The notes beneath the pieces were generated by a model. That model did not search any database, was not told where the DNA came from, and saw only the letters and a program-made list of their open reading frames with translations. A DNA stretch of 63,378 nucleotides from Octopus bimaculoides (Eukaryota), in assembly GCF_001194135.2 (NCBI RefSeq), contig NC_068981.1:109376113-109439490 (forward strand), given 5' to 3'. Position numbers and translations under genes: made by a program. Positions 23,043 through 36,479 of the stretch are shown here, piece by piece. How positions within the stretch are numbered: the first letter of the stretch is position 1; the number at the start of each line of letters is the position of its first letter.

Positions 23043-24749
23043 CTCGTACAATATGTCCACTTAATGGTTTGTCAGGAAGTATCTTTTTCCCTTGTTGCAT
23101 TAAAGAAGATTTAATATCCATTGAAACATTCTCACAGATCAGATCTGTTAAAAATGTATTACTTGGATATAGAGGCTCGTTTAAGATACTGTCAATGCTA
23201 CCTTTCCTTCCAAGGTACATGTTTTTGTTGCCTGTTCTGTTACCTATATTTCCAGCAAATCCAGAATAAACACTATTCTTTTCCACATTTGAGGAAAACT
23301 TTTGATTTTCCGATAGAGAAAGTGACTGGATACCCTTGCTAGGCAAATATTGGCCGTAAGGATCCATAGTGATACTACTTGATGAACTGGAACTATTTCG
23401 GTCACTGCTTCCATAACCTGAATCCCTTTGAGATTCTAATGATACCCTATCATACGGAATTTCAAGTGTAAGTGCTTCACTCAGTTCAGTTGCCGAGGCA
23501 ATATTTCCCAAGCCATTCAAGTTTTCTTTGATTCTGTTAGAATGACGCAAGCCATTAATTGTACCTTTTGGTGGCTTTGTATAGAGTTTCTTCATGACAT
23601 GCTCAACAGTTTTACGATCAATATAGTTTTCCTGGCTATAGCTGTCTTCATGGTCTTGGGAAGGAATTTTATATGTTCTGTCTTTAGAAACATAAGTTTC
23701 ATTATTAGGAGAAGCCAGTGAATGAGCAGAAATACTTCTGATCATATTTCCTGGTTTTGGAATGCTATTTGAAGAATGATTAAAACTGGGATGATTAGAA
23801 CGATATCTGTTGTATTGATGTCCATTCTCAAATCTTGGTGGAGTCTGACATTTTAGAGAGACTGATGGGCGAGAATAAGATAACTGTGCCTGTTGGCTTA
23901 ACTGTTTCTTTTCCTTGGCTGAATCTTTATTTCTTGGTAATGTTGCTAGACCCGAATGCAAAGGACCAGCACATTTAATATTCTCATAATAATTGTCTTG
24001 CTGCGTACTTTGTACAGTTGGTTTGACAATCAAGTGGCTGTGTTTAATATTATCATAAGCTTTACTTTGTGTTTTATAAGTGTCTCTTGGTGGACTCGTA
24101 ACATCACGATATTTAGAATCAACTGAGTGAAGAACATGACTATCTATAGGTTTTCTATACCCAAAATCATTTGGTGTACTTCCTTCAGTTATAAAGTTTT
24201 CAGAATGGACATTTTCAAAAGATTTATCCCTCAATGATGGAGATGAACGTCTTTGAGCTGAAAAGTCAGACAGGTTGCTTCTTTGAACATTGTAAACTCC
24301 ACCATTACAACTGTTTGAGTTGGATGAATTATAAAATGAAGCTTGGAGTCTTCCTTCGGTACATATGTACTCTCCTAGCAGGTTCTGGTCAACAGATTCT
24401 GATGCAATGCTGCTTGGCTTTGATGATGGATTACTCACAGATGGAGACAATGAACGGATCAAACTTACTGAATCCAAAGGAAAACTCTTAACACTTGAAT
24501 GATTGGATGCTGTATCATCAGATCCTGAAACAGCTGTCAGAAAACTAGCTTGTCTTTGATGTTCAGCATTGCTTGATGTTACAGAATCCCTGTCTAAATC
24601 CTTTAATCGATAATAGGTTTCTGGACCTGGTGTTATAGATCTTCTATGCTGAAAAGTTGGATCTATGTAGCAGTGCATGTCTGGTGTAGGGGTAACTGCT
24701 CGGCGGATATCTGCTGATTGACTTCTAAGTATACCTGCACCAGTTGAGG
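23043..24749 (-). CDS. USP54: Coding exon 11: 1707-nt Ser-rich disordered region
   Basis: Lies within the 598-aa ORF 22987-24783; acceptor ttttgataatttcag, donor GTAAGC, phase 1/1; contains DSGYGSSDRNSS. Confidence 0.92.
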
Positions 24750-26036
24750 CTGAAATTATCAAAATAAAGAAATTAATGTCCATATTAATGTCTTTATCAG
24801 TATGAATATGCTAGCAATATCAAGTATTATGTTACTTATTGTGCTTGCATGTAAAGTTCAAAATAACTGAGAATCTATATCATTCAGGTTGTTCCCACTA
24901 ACTTTCATACATATGTTCAAGTGTTAGTCTTGAAGTCACAATTGATATCATTAACATAATGAAGCAATGATATGAAGAACCACATTCGTATGCCTCAAAA
25001 TAATAATACTTTTTAAATGAGGGGTTTCCATAGAACTTGCAAATAACTATTATAATAGCTATCATAATTACAAAAATCAGTGGAGTAACAGAAGTAGTGT
25101 TCTAAACTGAATGCCTTACTGTATTAAACTACATCTCTATTACATTATCAGTTGAAATGCCTCTGAGGTTGACTTTACCTACTGTTTATTCAGGGACAAT
25201 AAATTGAATATTGGGCATATATTGAGATGACTCAAGTGACAATAGCTACTCCTTGAAAATTAGTGGAGGTTTAATACCAATATAAATAAAATAACAAACA
25301 TAAACACCATCACATCTGATTTTTCTAAATTTGCATAGGTTGGACAGGTAAGTAAACAATATATTTTCAATTTGACCCCACTATCTTTAATCATATCAGC
25401 TCATCTTTGGAGCTGTAACTGTTTTATTCAGCAATAATCCATCAGGAATTCATAATTTACCATAGCAGTTACTACTATGGCTGGTATCAGATGATGGTTT
25501 TGATTGCCAAACGAGAAAATATTACAGAGCTGGGTTAACAGCTGCCGCACTAGACTTAATGTATTATTGAAAGGAATAGGTAAAAATGGGATGCTTTTAT
25601 TTCTATAATCTACAACAATGGAAAGTAATTCTCTGAATTTAGTTCCCAGCGGGAAGTGGTTAAGAGAGAGAGAATAACAAAGAGAGAAAAATGTGTATAA
25701 AGAAAGATAGAATGATAAATGAAACAGAGAAAGCAGATGTAGTGACTATTTCTCCTGAAAGTAGAGATTGTTTTCTTCTGAATAGTCATTATAAGTCGAA
25801 GAAACTATTATGTGGAACCATCACAGGTGTTATATTTTGAAGTTATAATTGACACAGCACCAAACATTGACAATGAGATTGGATGCACTGATGCAGCAGC
25901 TGTCATGAGTTGATGCACTCCCGATTTTTATAGCCAAGAGTTAGAGTAGCCACTGTAGCCAGGAGCTGCTAAAGTTATTTTAGGTTAGATAAATAATTGT
26001 AGGTAGAAACAAAAGGCATGTAGAAAACATACTTAC

Positions 26037-26184
26037 AGTTATTGTAACCCGGAGCCATTACAGTTTTCCGAGGGGCTTCAGCAACATTAATAGGAGTAGC
26101 ATTAGGATTGGCATAGATTAATAAAAGGGGCTGATAATGACCACGGCAACATTTTTCTACAACAGAATCCCAGCTAGGACCCAT
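26037..26184 (-). CDS. USP54: Coding exon 10: MGPSWDSVVEKCCRGHYQPLLLIYANPNATPINVAEAPRKTVMAPGYNN (end of USP domain)
   Basis: Acceptor atttttacag, donor GTAAGT, phase 0/1, 148 nt. Confidence 0.95.
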
Positions 26185-26518
26185 CTGTAAAAATAAATAT
26201 ATAAATAAATTACAACATGAATATGAAAACAATATTCTCTATAAATTAAGAGTTATTGAGTTTTATTTTTATCTCTTTTTAAGCTGAAGTTTACTGCATT
26301 AAAGTTATTTTTCTGGTTATCTTAGAAATAAAAGTGATTATAATTATAATGACAAATAATTTGTATGAATGATTATAATGGCTACAATGCATAAATAATT
26401 ATTATAGCTACCATTATTATCATTGTTATCACAATCACTGTCAAGTAACTTCTTTTGAAATAGAAATCAAGGATTACAATTAAACAAACAAAACAAAAAC
26501 ATAAGACTGATTACCAAC

Positions 26519-26662
26519 CTCCTTAACTGTGGCATCATCAAAGTAATACCACGACCGATCTCTTGAATGGAAGACAAAGGTAGAATAGTGTTTCCCATAG
26601 TAACAGACAATACCAACTAAATGCAGTTGAGCCAGGTCTCTGATTTTGGAACAATGGAACAT
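26519..26662 (-). CDS. USP54: Coding exon 9: [48 protein letters not shown], His box (H299) and Asp (D316/D317)
   Basis: Acceptor cctctgtag; donor GAG|GTTGGT is required for phase 0 with the next exon; 144 nt. Confidence 0.95.
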
Positions 26663-27565
26663 CTACAGAGGATTAACAGAAATAAGCAAAAGTGTTTTTA
26701 TCCATTAGACATATTCATTTCTTTCTTGGGAACAAAGTAAATTGTCTAATAGTTGAATGATAAATCTCATTTATAAATTTTATTGATATATGAAAGTCCT
26801 TGCAGCATCTGCTAATGGAACCTATCAGGACACTACTGCCTATTGTAATGCATGTAGTCCAGTGTTCAACTGTCTATCAGGTTTTACCTAATAAAACGCT
26901 AGTTTTACATTATTTCCTTGCTGTTAGGATAAAGGTTAGCACAGTGCATAAAGAGAACTAGATAGTACAGAATGTGAAACTATAAACAATATTTTTTTTA
27001 CCAAATGTCTACAATATCTAAGGGGAGCAGAATTTGACTAATATGCTCTTCTATCAATGATTTAGGAGAAGTGCAATGGAAACAAACAGAAATATTGATA
27101 AGATGAGGTTTAGCAATTTTGAAGCCACATACAGCTTCAGCTACTTATGAGATTTCTCGTTACATTATATTTGGACAGCTTTTGTAAGAATTATCAAGGT
27201 AAGATTTTATGATTATTATTAAAGAAGTCAACAGTACTCAATGTGGTGATATTGTAGATTGAAGATATTGTGTTTCCCAGGGTTTGTACTGTCTGTCAAG
27301 TCACAAGGACCTCAGACAGACACTACTTTACACAGTATGCATGCAGTTCCAAAAAGCTGATTTTTGCAATACACCAAGATTGTAAGGTATTTTTAAAGTG
27401 TCATGGCAAGCTGGCAGAATTGCTAGCATGCCAGGTAAAATGCTTAGCAACATTTTGTCCATCTTTTTGGGGTCGACAAAATAAGTACCAGCTGAGTACT
27501 AGGTTTGATGTAACAGACTTACCCCTTCCCCCCCAACTTGCTGGTCCTGTATCAAAATTTGAAAC

Positions 27566-28060
27566 ATCATCGTCGTCATCATTTAACGTCCACTTTCCAT
27601 GCTAGCATGGTTTGGACGATTTGACTGAGGACTGGCGAACCAGATGGCTGCACCAGGCTCCAATCTGATTTGGCAGAGTTTCTACAGATGGATGCCCTTC
27701 CTAACACCAACCACTCCGAGAGTGTAGTGGGTGCTTTTACGTGCCACTGGCACAAGGGCCAATCAGGCAATACTGGCAACAGCTACGCTCAAATGGTGTT
27801 TTTTACATACCACCTGCACAGGAGTCAGTCCAGCGGCACTGGCAATGACCTTGCTTGAATATTCTTTCATGTGCCACCGGCACAAGTGCCAGTAAGGCGA
27901 CACTGGTAATGATCACACTCGAATGGTGTCTTTTATGTGCCACCAACAACGGAAGCCAGTCAGCTGCTCTGGCAACGATCACGCTTGGATGATGCTCTTA
28001 GCGCTCCACAAGCACAGATGCCAGTGATCGAATTTGATTTTGATTTCACTTGCCTCAGAC
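27566..28060 (-). mobile_element. RTE 3'-UTR-derived repeat copy
   Basis: catcatcgtcgtcatcatttaacgtcc...ggatgcccttcctaac...gtgccac subrepeats, shared with 9247, 36955 and 63017. Confidence 0.85.
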
Positions 28061-28255
28061 AACCTTCAAAATAAATCCTAATCACCAGAAAATGGAGGAA
28101 TGTATTCTTCAGCTATGAAAACTGAATGTAGACATCTTGAAATTTACAAATAAAACTAAATAAAAGCCACAGAAAGCCATAAAAGAAAACAATGAGACTT
28201 AAAATATTTTGAAGGGAGAGGGGAAACAAAATTATAATCACAATTTTATACTTAC

Positions 28256-28350
28256 ATCTTCGAGTACAATAGATGTTCTGATGTTGGTTAAAACATCAGA
28301 GACAAGATCTCCACTTGGACGGTCTGTATCCCATACCAAACCAATACTTA
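28256..28350 (-). CDS. USP54: Coding exon 8: SIGLVWDTDRPSGDLVSDVLTNIRTSIVLED
   Basis: Acceptor ttttgtcttctag, donor GTAAGT, phase 1/0, 95 nt; IGLVWD motif. Confidence 0.94.
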
Positions 28351-28677
28351 CTAGAAGACAAAAGCATAGAAAAACAAACACTAAATACTTTATTGCAACT
28401 ATTAAAATACTTTCTAGAAACTATAGATGAAATCTTCAATGATTGTCTCGTTTTCTAATGGATTATTACAGTAACCTAAAGCCAATTATTGTAGGGAATA
28501 CTAAATAGACTATTCTAAACAGATAGGTAAAATGAAAGGGAGAATAAATGCAAGTTACATAGTAGAAATTACTCACTCTGTTTCACAATAAGATCAACAG
28601 ATGTTATAGAAAGCTTGCAATATATAAGCAATACTGCTTATGTATTTCTCATTACTTTTATATATACATATATATAC

Positions 28678-28726
<49 letters not shown>

Positions 28727-29599
28727 AATCATATAACCATCAATCAATAACCAATTTTATCCATGCAAAGGTGGTAAATGGATCAAATTACTCATCACCA
28801 GTTGTCTACATCTTTTAGTTTCAAAGCAAGATTGTTATAAACTATATCTATGGTTGGATTAGCTAGACAGTCACTGATAGATACAAAGCTACAGCTGGAA
28901 AGATATGAATAACCAGACATGGATAAACAGGCTGCAACATGCATAAACAGAGACAAGGGACAGAGAGATATATGAAGATAGGCAATCAGGTATACATATT
29001 TCATTTGATTGCCAATGAGATGTATATAAAAACATATATTAAGTATACACAAATTGACGTAATTGCAAGTGAATTAAGACAAATGAATTAAGAAAAATTT
29101 CTTAGCCTAAGCTGCACTTTAAAGTGCTCTTAATTGAAGATAATAAAAAATAAATTGAAAAGAGAGTAAAAAAAATCTTTTTTTAGTATTTCAATGTTAC
29201 CAGCTCTATTTAGCCTCCAGGCTACCACCATCTATGATTTAGTTATCTGTAAATTAGATATTGCAATCAAGTTTAAGAGTAGAGAATGGTTCTGCTTTAG
29301 AAAAAAATGTGGTTTGGCTGTTTCAGTCCCCATCTCTGCTAATAGATACTTGAGTTTAATATTGGGAAGTCAGCAAAATACAGGTTACTAGAGCAACAAA
29401 AGCATAAGGTGTATTGGCCAAAATCAAAGTACAATATTTGTGATGGGATATAAACCACTGACTGTTTGGCCAGTAAGATGACATCAACTTTGTCACCACA
29501 GACAGTCTTTACTATTAATTCAGATCTTAGGTAATCAATGATGGCATTTTTTTTGTTTTGCTTTTTATTTATCAACTAAGATTTCTCTTAGTCATCTAT

Positions 29600-29630
<31 letters not shown>

Positions 29631-29887
29631 AAATCTTTTGTCACTCTGTCTCTGTTCCCAATGCATTCTCAAACGGCTCAACCAAATCAAATCAAATTTT
29701 ACATGGTAATACTATCAGACCTCTTGAATGTCAACATGTAATTTTTTTTTTGTCATTTGGATTAAAGCAATGCAACATTGGCACTGATTCGGTATTACAT
29801 ATCAAAAGTCAAAGAAGAAAAGTGAAAGAATAAGATCTATATTGTAATGTGATATTTTGTTTCACTTTTATACTACTTTTAATTCTA

Positions 29888-30790
29888 ACCACAATGACGT
29901 CACATTTTGTATATGACTATGTCTCTGAATGTATGTAAGTGTATGAGTGTGTATATGTCTCACAGTGTGTGTCTTTCCGCATTAAGTACGTTATTAAATA
30001 CATTATATGGATGCAAGGGATAGTCAGTGTCAATATGAAATTTAATTTTCATTTTGATTAAGACAATATAACATTTGATACAGATAATCTTTCTATTTGT
30101 CAACAGGACATTTTATACCACAATGACAATGACATCACATTTTGTATATGACTGTATCTGTCTATGAGTGTATGTAAGTATGTATACGTCCCAGTACATG
30201 TGTCTCTCCGCGTTAGGTACATTATTAAACACACACACATCTACACATACATGTGACAACTGACATGCATGAATGTATGTCTGTGTGTCTATTTTACTAT
30301 ATGTATGTGAGGGCTGGCCAATGTCAATGCGAAATTTTATTTTCATTTCCATTAAAACAATATAACATTTCATAGAGATAATCTTTCTATTGTCAACAGG
30401 ACATTTTATACCACAACAACATCACATTTTGTATATGACTGTGTATCTGTCTATGAGTGTATATATGTAAGTGTATGAGTGTGTATAAGTCTCATAGTGT
30501 CTTTCTGCATTAGGTACATTATTAAACACACACGTCTACACATACATATATAACAAGTGACATGCGTGAATGAATGTCTCTGTGTGGCTATCTTAGTATA
30601 TGGATGTGAGTGTATGTCAGGAACAGTTTATACCACAACGACGTAACATTTTGTATATGAGTGTATATTTGTCTGTGAGTGTATGAGTGTGTGTGTGTCT
30701 GTGACTGTGTGTGTTTCCGCATTACATAAATTATTAAACACACATCTACACATACATATGTGACGACTGACATGCCTGAATGTATGTTTG
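29888..30790. repeat. Degenerate tandem array of 4 units (starts 29888, 30117, 30410, 30632)
   Basis: Each unit starts accacaa..cacattttgtatatga and contains ttattaaacac. Confidence 0.85.
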
Positions 30791-31597
30791 TGAGTGCTAG
30801 AGGTGAAACTCTTGAAAAAAACAAAAAAACAATGAGGGTCCAAGGTATATATAAAAATACACATTTACTGTTCCATTACTACTTAATAATTATTGCAGCA
30901 GTTGCAAGGTATTCAAAACTATATATTTACCCTTATATTAACAAAATTTATTCTATATATATATACATATATATATAATTCTTTGCCTCTTTCTAATAAT
31001 TATTGTGGCATTTACCGTTAAATTAGCAGTTCCATACATGTGCTTATATTCCGTTCATTTGCTTATATTTCATTAATTTACACTAAATACAAAAATACAG
31101 GCATATCATATACATACCACACGGTAAGCCATTATACCTTGTTTTTACAAGTAATTCATTACTACATAGGCTCACATTATGTTTCTTATTCTACAACCAC
31201 ACCAGCAATCCAATGTTAACTCTTCACCTTCTGCAACATTTCAGCAGTTCACTTCCCCATTGCCATCTCCCATTACAGCCCATTTCCAGAATGTACCCTT
31301 CTAAGTACAATATCTCCACAGCACCTCCATCCATTTGACTGTCAACCATACGATGGGCTGTGTTAGATGCAGCACTGACCACCTCAGAGGCGAGTATATC
31401 CACTGGCAGCTTTTCAGTAGGTTAAAAAAATTACATATCCTCCTTCCCCCACTCTCAATTTTCCATGACAGGTTAGGGCCTGGAATCCTTCAAACAGATG
31501 TATTACATGTCACCTAGTCGAATTAGACCATCATTTACTCCACAAATGTTTTGTCGTCAATGTTGCACTTTCCCGTATCACTTGTTCAACATAACTG

Positions 31598-31635
<38 letters not shown>

Positions 31636-31741
31636 AACCATTATACTCCTGAGCAACGCCAGGTATCTCTGCTAGTATTCCATAATATGTCTGTAACAAA
31701 AGTTTTGACAAGGCTATAAAATATAAAACTTGATAACTCAC

Positions 31742-31799
31742 CAACATCAGGTTGATTATGTAAAGTTCTTCGTATATTGACCTTTCTGCCACATGATTT
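31742..31799 (-). CDS. USP54: Coding exon 7: KSCGRKVNIRRTLHNQPDV(V)
   Basis: Acceptor catatttacag, donor GTGAGT, phase 0/1, 58 nt. Confidence 0.92.
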
Positions 31800-31934
31800 C
31801 TGTAAATATGTAGAACCAATATGTAAACAAAGCAAATTATGAGCTATGTGAAAGTAATAACTGTTCTGAGTTTTCTAAGTCAACTGGAAATCTAAATTGT
31901 TGAAGTAGTTAAAGTTAACATAGTTTTACATAAG

Positions 31935-32372
31935 TGTAGGTGGTTAAGAAGTTTGCTTCCTTACCACATGGTTCTGGGTTTAATCCCACTGGGATTAGCA
32001 TCCCCTACTATATTCCCAGGCCAACTACAACCTTGTGAGTGTATTTGGTAGCTGGAGAGTGAAAGAAAGCCTGCATGCATGTTTGTGTATTCTTCTACTT
32101 GTTTCAGTCATTTGACTGTAGCCATGCTGGAGCACCGCCTTTTGTATGTGTGTGTATTATTTTCTGCTTGTCAGGATATCAGGAAATAGCTGTAATACAA
32201 GCATTGTTGATCATGTCCAATCTTCCGTTAAAACATGTCTGGCCATGGGGAAATATTACCTTATATGGAAACAAGTAAAGGCTGGTGACAAGAAGTGTAT
32301 CTGGCTACAGAAAATCTGCCTTGACAAAGTTCATTCAACACATGCAAGCATGGAAAAGTGGACATTAAAATG
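31935..32372 (+). mobile_element. Composite SINE (tRNA head plus RTE-like tail)
   Basis: gtggttaagaagtttgcttcc..ccacatggttctgggtt; ends catgcaagcatggaaaagtggacattaaaatgatag. Confidence 0.7.
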
Positions 32373-32646
32373 ATAGTGATGAGAAATAACTCCCTTCCTG
32401 GATATAATACTGAATTATCAAAAGTAACTTTCTATTGGGAATTACACTACAATGATGCTGCAACTCACATTGGTTAATTCACATATCTGTATTAATTCCT
32501 CATTTCAAGTACTTAGGTTATGAAAACATTTCACTACTAGTAATGAGATATGAACCACTGCCCTCTCCTCTTGGCTAGATGAATGGTGCTCTTAAACATA
32601 CTTTCATAAAAATGCTAATTATAAAGCAAAATTTTAAAATACTCAC

Positions 32647-32752
32647 AGGACAATCACGGACATCACCAACACTACAGGCATTTCGAAGTAAAAGACCAAA
32701 TTTATCTGATGTAACTTTGCATCCACTTTCAATTATCTTATTTGCTTGGTTT
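32647..32752 (-). CDS. USP54: Coding exon 6: NQANKIIESGCKVTSDKFGLLLRNACSVGDVRDCP
   Basis: Acceptor gtttttacag, donor GTGAGT, phase 2/0, 106 nt. Confidence 0.92.
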
Positions 32753-33529
32753 CTGTAAAAAACACACACAAAAAAAATTATCAATACAATATCTGTTGGT
32801 TTAAATGACAAACTGTAACACTTCTACACTGCTTGCCCCACTCCTTACATTTGCAGCAACAGTGCATCCAGTGTTGGTTTTGTTAGTAAATTTGTTGGTA
32901 TTTCTAGTAACACAGTTTGCTTGAAATCTGGCCAAAAATTTTATATTATCAACTATTGTTTAGATGGAGATCAAGTGTGCTTAACATGTTACCAGCACAA
33001 AACCTAAGATTGAATTGATATGGGCGAAAATGAGATATATATAAAGTATGATTATCATGAACATCAGCAATAGCATTTACTTTCTCAGCTCAAGGATCTA
33101 TATCACATTACATCTTCAGCCATGGTGGATGAGACAGCAGTGCTAGAAAAGTTCACTTTTACAGCTTTAAATGTCTTCACCACTGAAATGCAAATTATGC
33201 ATCCATAAATAAGTTGATACAAAATAACCAAATATGCAGATTATATTTATCACGATGTGTAGTTATAAAGGAAGTGAAAAGATATACTGTGTCCATGTTT
33301 TAATATTAGTAAAGGTGAATTGGTTATGTTAATATCACTAGTAATCTATGAAGTGTAACACATTACTTTTACTTAGCAACAAATATGCTAGGTGTCTTCT
33401 ATTTCAGATACTACGTGCTTGCCTTACTCCATATATGAAGAAGAAAAAAAGAAAAAAAACCCTCTATTTCCTTGATATGAAATCACTAGGTTTTATATTC
33501 AGACTGAGAAAACAGAAAAATATACTTAC

Positions 33530-33609
33530 ACCAGAGCTGCAACAGACACATAGTGAACTATTTCAGAGAAAACTAAAGGTTTAGAACTAGCACCACACAC
33601 ACATTGCAC
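33530..33609 (-). CDS. USP54: Coding exon 5: VQCVCGASSKPLVFSEIVHYVSVAALV
   Basis: Acceptor ctattctctttcag, donor GTAAGT, phase 0/2, 80 nt. Confidence 0.93.
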
Positions 33610-33899
33610 CTGAAAGAGAATAGGATATTGGATATATGTATTGTCTTTCTTTTTGTTTTTTAAGGAATGACTGAAAAGTTAACCAAATTTAATCAAAAGA
33701 AAAAAAATAGTATTAAATTGATCAGCATCACTGAATTGAGTGTTGTGTGTGTATGAATGATAAAGAGAGGGATGAGTGAAAGACAAATGTTGATATTAAT
33801 AAACACTTATCAGTTATAAACAAACATTCTGTACCATATATCAATGACAATCAGCAGATAAAAACAAGTGCAAGTGTGTATATGTATGCTTATAAGTGC

Positions 33900-33945
<46 letters not shown>

Positions 33946-33976
33946 AAGAGAGAGACATGTATATGCTTTGTATTAC

Positions 33977-34090
33977 CTGATCTGAAACAGTTAGAGCAAA
34001 TTTACGATGTGTCAGACAATGTGTTGCTGTGCACTGATCTTCACTGTAGCCATTAGCAATATGGAAATGGATCCTTCGGAGAATGTTTTC
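33977..34090 (-). CDS. USP54: Coding exon 4: ENILRRIHFHIANGYSEDQCTATHCLTHRKFALTVSDQ
   Basis: Acceptor ttttatacctgtag, donor GTAATA, phase 0/0, 114 nt. Confidence 0.95.
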
Positions 34091-34979
34091 CTACAGGTAT
34101 AAAATAGATACAATGCAAATATGTTGCCAAAATTATGATGCACTGAAGAGAAAATAGTTTGTATGGTACAACCATTTAAACTACATTAAAATCAGTGTAT
34201 CTCTCAACAATAGTGGATTTAATGAAAGAGCTGTATAGTTACTTAAACCAGCTCAAACTACACAAATCTTTTTTAGAATCCTTGACTGTAATTAAAATGA
34301 GGGACATTATGGTAAATAAATTGCAGAACAATATATACCATGATAAAGACCAACTAGAATATTGATCAAATCTCAGTTTCACCCTAATCAAGTCATCTGA
34401 TAACTTGCAACAGCTACTTCCATAATGCAAGTCTGTTTCAGAACTGACTGGGTTTGTGTAACAAGCAAAATATTACATATAGCAATAAGTGGAAGACAAA
34501 TATATTTACAACCTTAAAGAGAAAGACACAATGGTTTATTACGGTCTTCTCCAGAAAGATGAAGAATGTCAGGAAATCTTTCAGCACATGACCAATAAGC
34601 TCCCAATACTTTTTGTCACTTGCCATTTCACAGACAATATTAACAGAAATAATAATTATTAACCTTAATAACAAGACAAGCCAAACATAAAATAATAGTT
34701 TCTTTGTTTTATAATAAAACAGAAAAATTTTCATTTTTAGATTCACACCGGTTTATAAAGCTGGTGTTTGGTTCTGACTACTCTATCTCATTAAACAAAT
34801 TAAGTGCAAATATTCCAAGATAGGAAAAGTTTCCTGTACCAATTTTATGAAAAAGAACTGATGTCTTTCCCTCAGTATCTAAGACAAGTGGAATTAATTG
34901 TATAACTCTTTGGTATAAACATATAATTGTAATTGGATATGAACAGTAAGAATACCAAAGAAGCATTCTGTAGACTTAC

Positions 34980-35114
34980 AAAACATTCTGCAGCATCATC
35001 CATATGGCCAAGCTGAAAGCGGTGTTGGTCAACAAAAGCCTCAGCCAATGCTCGTCTCAGTGCATTTGGATGCAGTGAACTTTTGTCACTATACCGAAGT
35101 TGTGTGAAGATGAC
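34980..35114 (-). CDS. USP54: Coding exon 3: VIFTQLRYSDKSSLHPNALRRALAEAFVDQHRFQLGHMDDAAECF
   Basis: Acceptor tcattacag, donor GTAAGT, phase 0/0, 135 nt; QxDAAE box. Confidence 0.96.
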
Positions 35115-35622
35115 CTGTAATGAGATAAACTTATCTTTTAACAGAAACTTTATCATTGTTTATATATTTTTTAACAGACCTGTCAGGAAAAAACTATCCT
35201 ACAATAATAATTGAGTAGATGTGAAACTTTAAACAAGGTTTTTTAATACAACACTATGTAGTGAAATATTAACTTGTAACTGCATTCTTATCCAAACACT
35301 TTTTTCTTTTGCTTATGTACCAGGGAAACTTCTGTTAGGGAAGGATACAGTTAATCAAATCAGTTCAGTACAATTTGTAGAGAAACACTGTAGGCAGCTA
35401 AATCAGTATAATATATTTGTAGTGAAAGTATATAATGAAATAATTAAGTTTAATATTTTATTAGTAATTATTTTAGTGATGAAAAATGAAATCAATTGTT
35501 GAGATTTGAAGTAAGAATTTTGAGTCAGCTTATATAGTATAGGAAGTTTGCAACCAGACATCCAAGAAAAAATATGCTTTGGTATAAGCTTGCATAGAAA
35601 CAAATGAAAGACACATACACAC

Positions 35623-35672
<50 letters not shown>

Positions 35673-36479
35673 TTTATTAAAAAGCAGCAAAAATCTCACA
35701 AAAACTGTTATAGAGTAATAAAGCATATTACTCTACCTCTGGTTTTCGAGTACTATTTTTTCTACCTTGTTTCGCATTTATGTGCTTACTCTGGTAAAAA
35801 AATTTTTAACAACTATGGACCAAATAACAAGACTTTTACTAACCAGATTTTACCAATACCAATATTTCTAATAAGATAAACAATTGTAATGTCACAGACA
35901 GTCATTATGAGAAAAACATTAACATAGCCGGAAATAGTAACATGAAAAAGTTCTTCCATTAAAAAATTTCATATTTCTTCACATACTCTTAATTCCCCAC
36001 ACAACTATATAACCAACTTTAATGATGTTCAATATTTCTTTAATAATAATGATGGTAGTAATAATAATAATAACAATAATAATAAGATAAGTAATGTTAG
36101 TGATGGTGTCAATACGAGAAAAAGAAACCTATACCATTTATTCAAATGGGTGACCATTCTAACAAAAACTACCATACCAATAACACAATAGTAACATAAT
36201 TTGTATTATATTTCCTTTTGCTAAACATTTGAAGTCTAATTTTATAAAGTCTATTTGTTCTATTAGTAAATCAAATTTTAGTAAATTTAGATATGCTGGG
36301 ATATTCAATAACAGAATGACTAGATTGGGCTTTTCTGTTTCTCCTGACTTATTTAGGATTATTTCTTCCTTTACCAATAGAAAACTAAACCTTTACTACT
36401 AATACTAACCCCAATTATTCAAATAGCTCTGTATCTTCTACCAATGATTGCCATACTCACACAAACTCTACCTCTATCA

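Noticed and set aside
22987-24783. 598-aa ORF as a standalone gene
   Set aside because: It is internal exon 11 extended into flanking intron; splice sites and phases fit the USP chain
29339-29575. ORF TVCGDKVDVILLAKQ as the missing exon 7
   Set aside because: 31742-31799 has the right motif, phases and splice sites
29888-30790. CRISPR-like array
   Set aside because: Eukaryotic intron; units are long and degenerate, with no constant repeat plus unique spacer pattern and no cas genes
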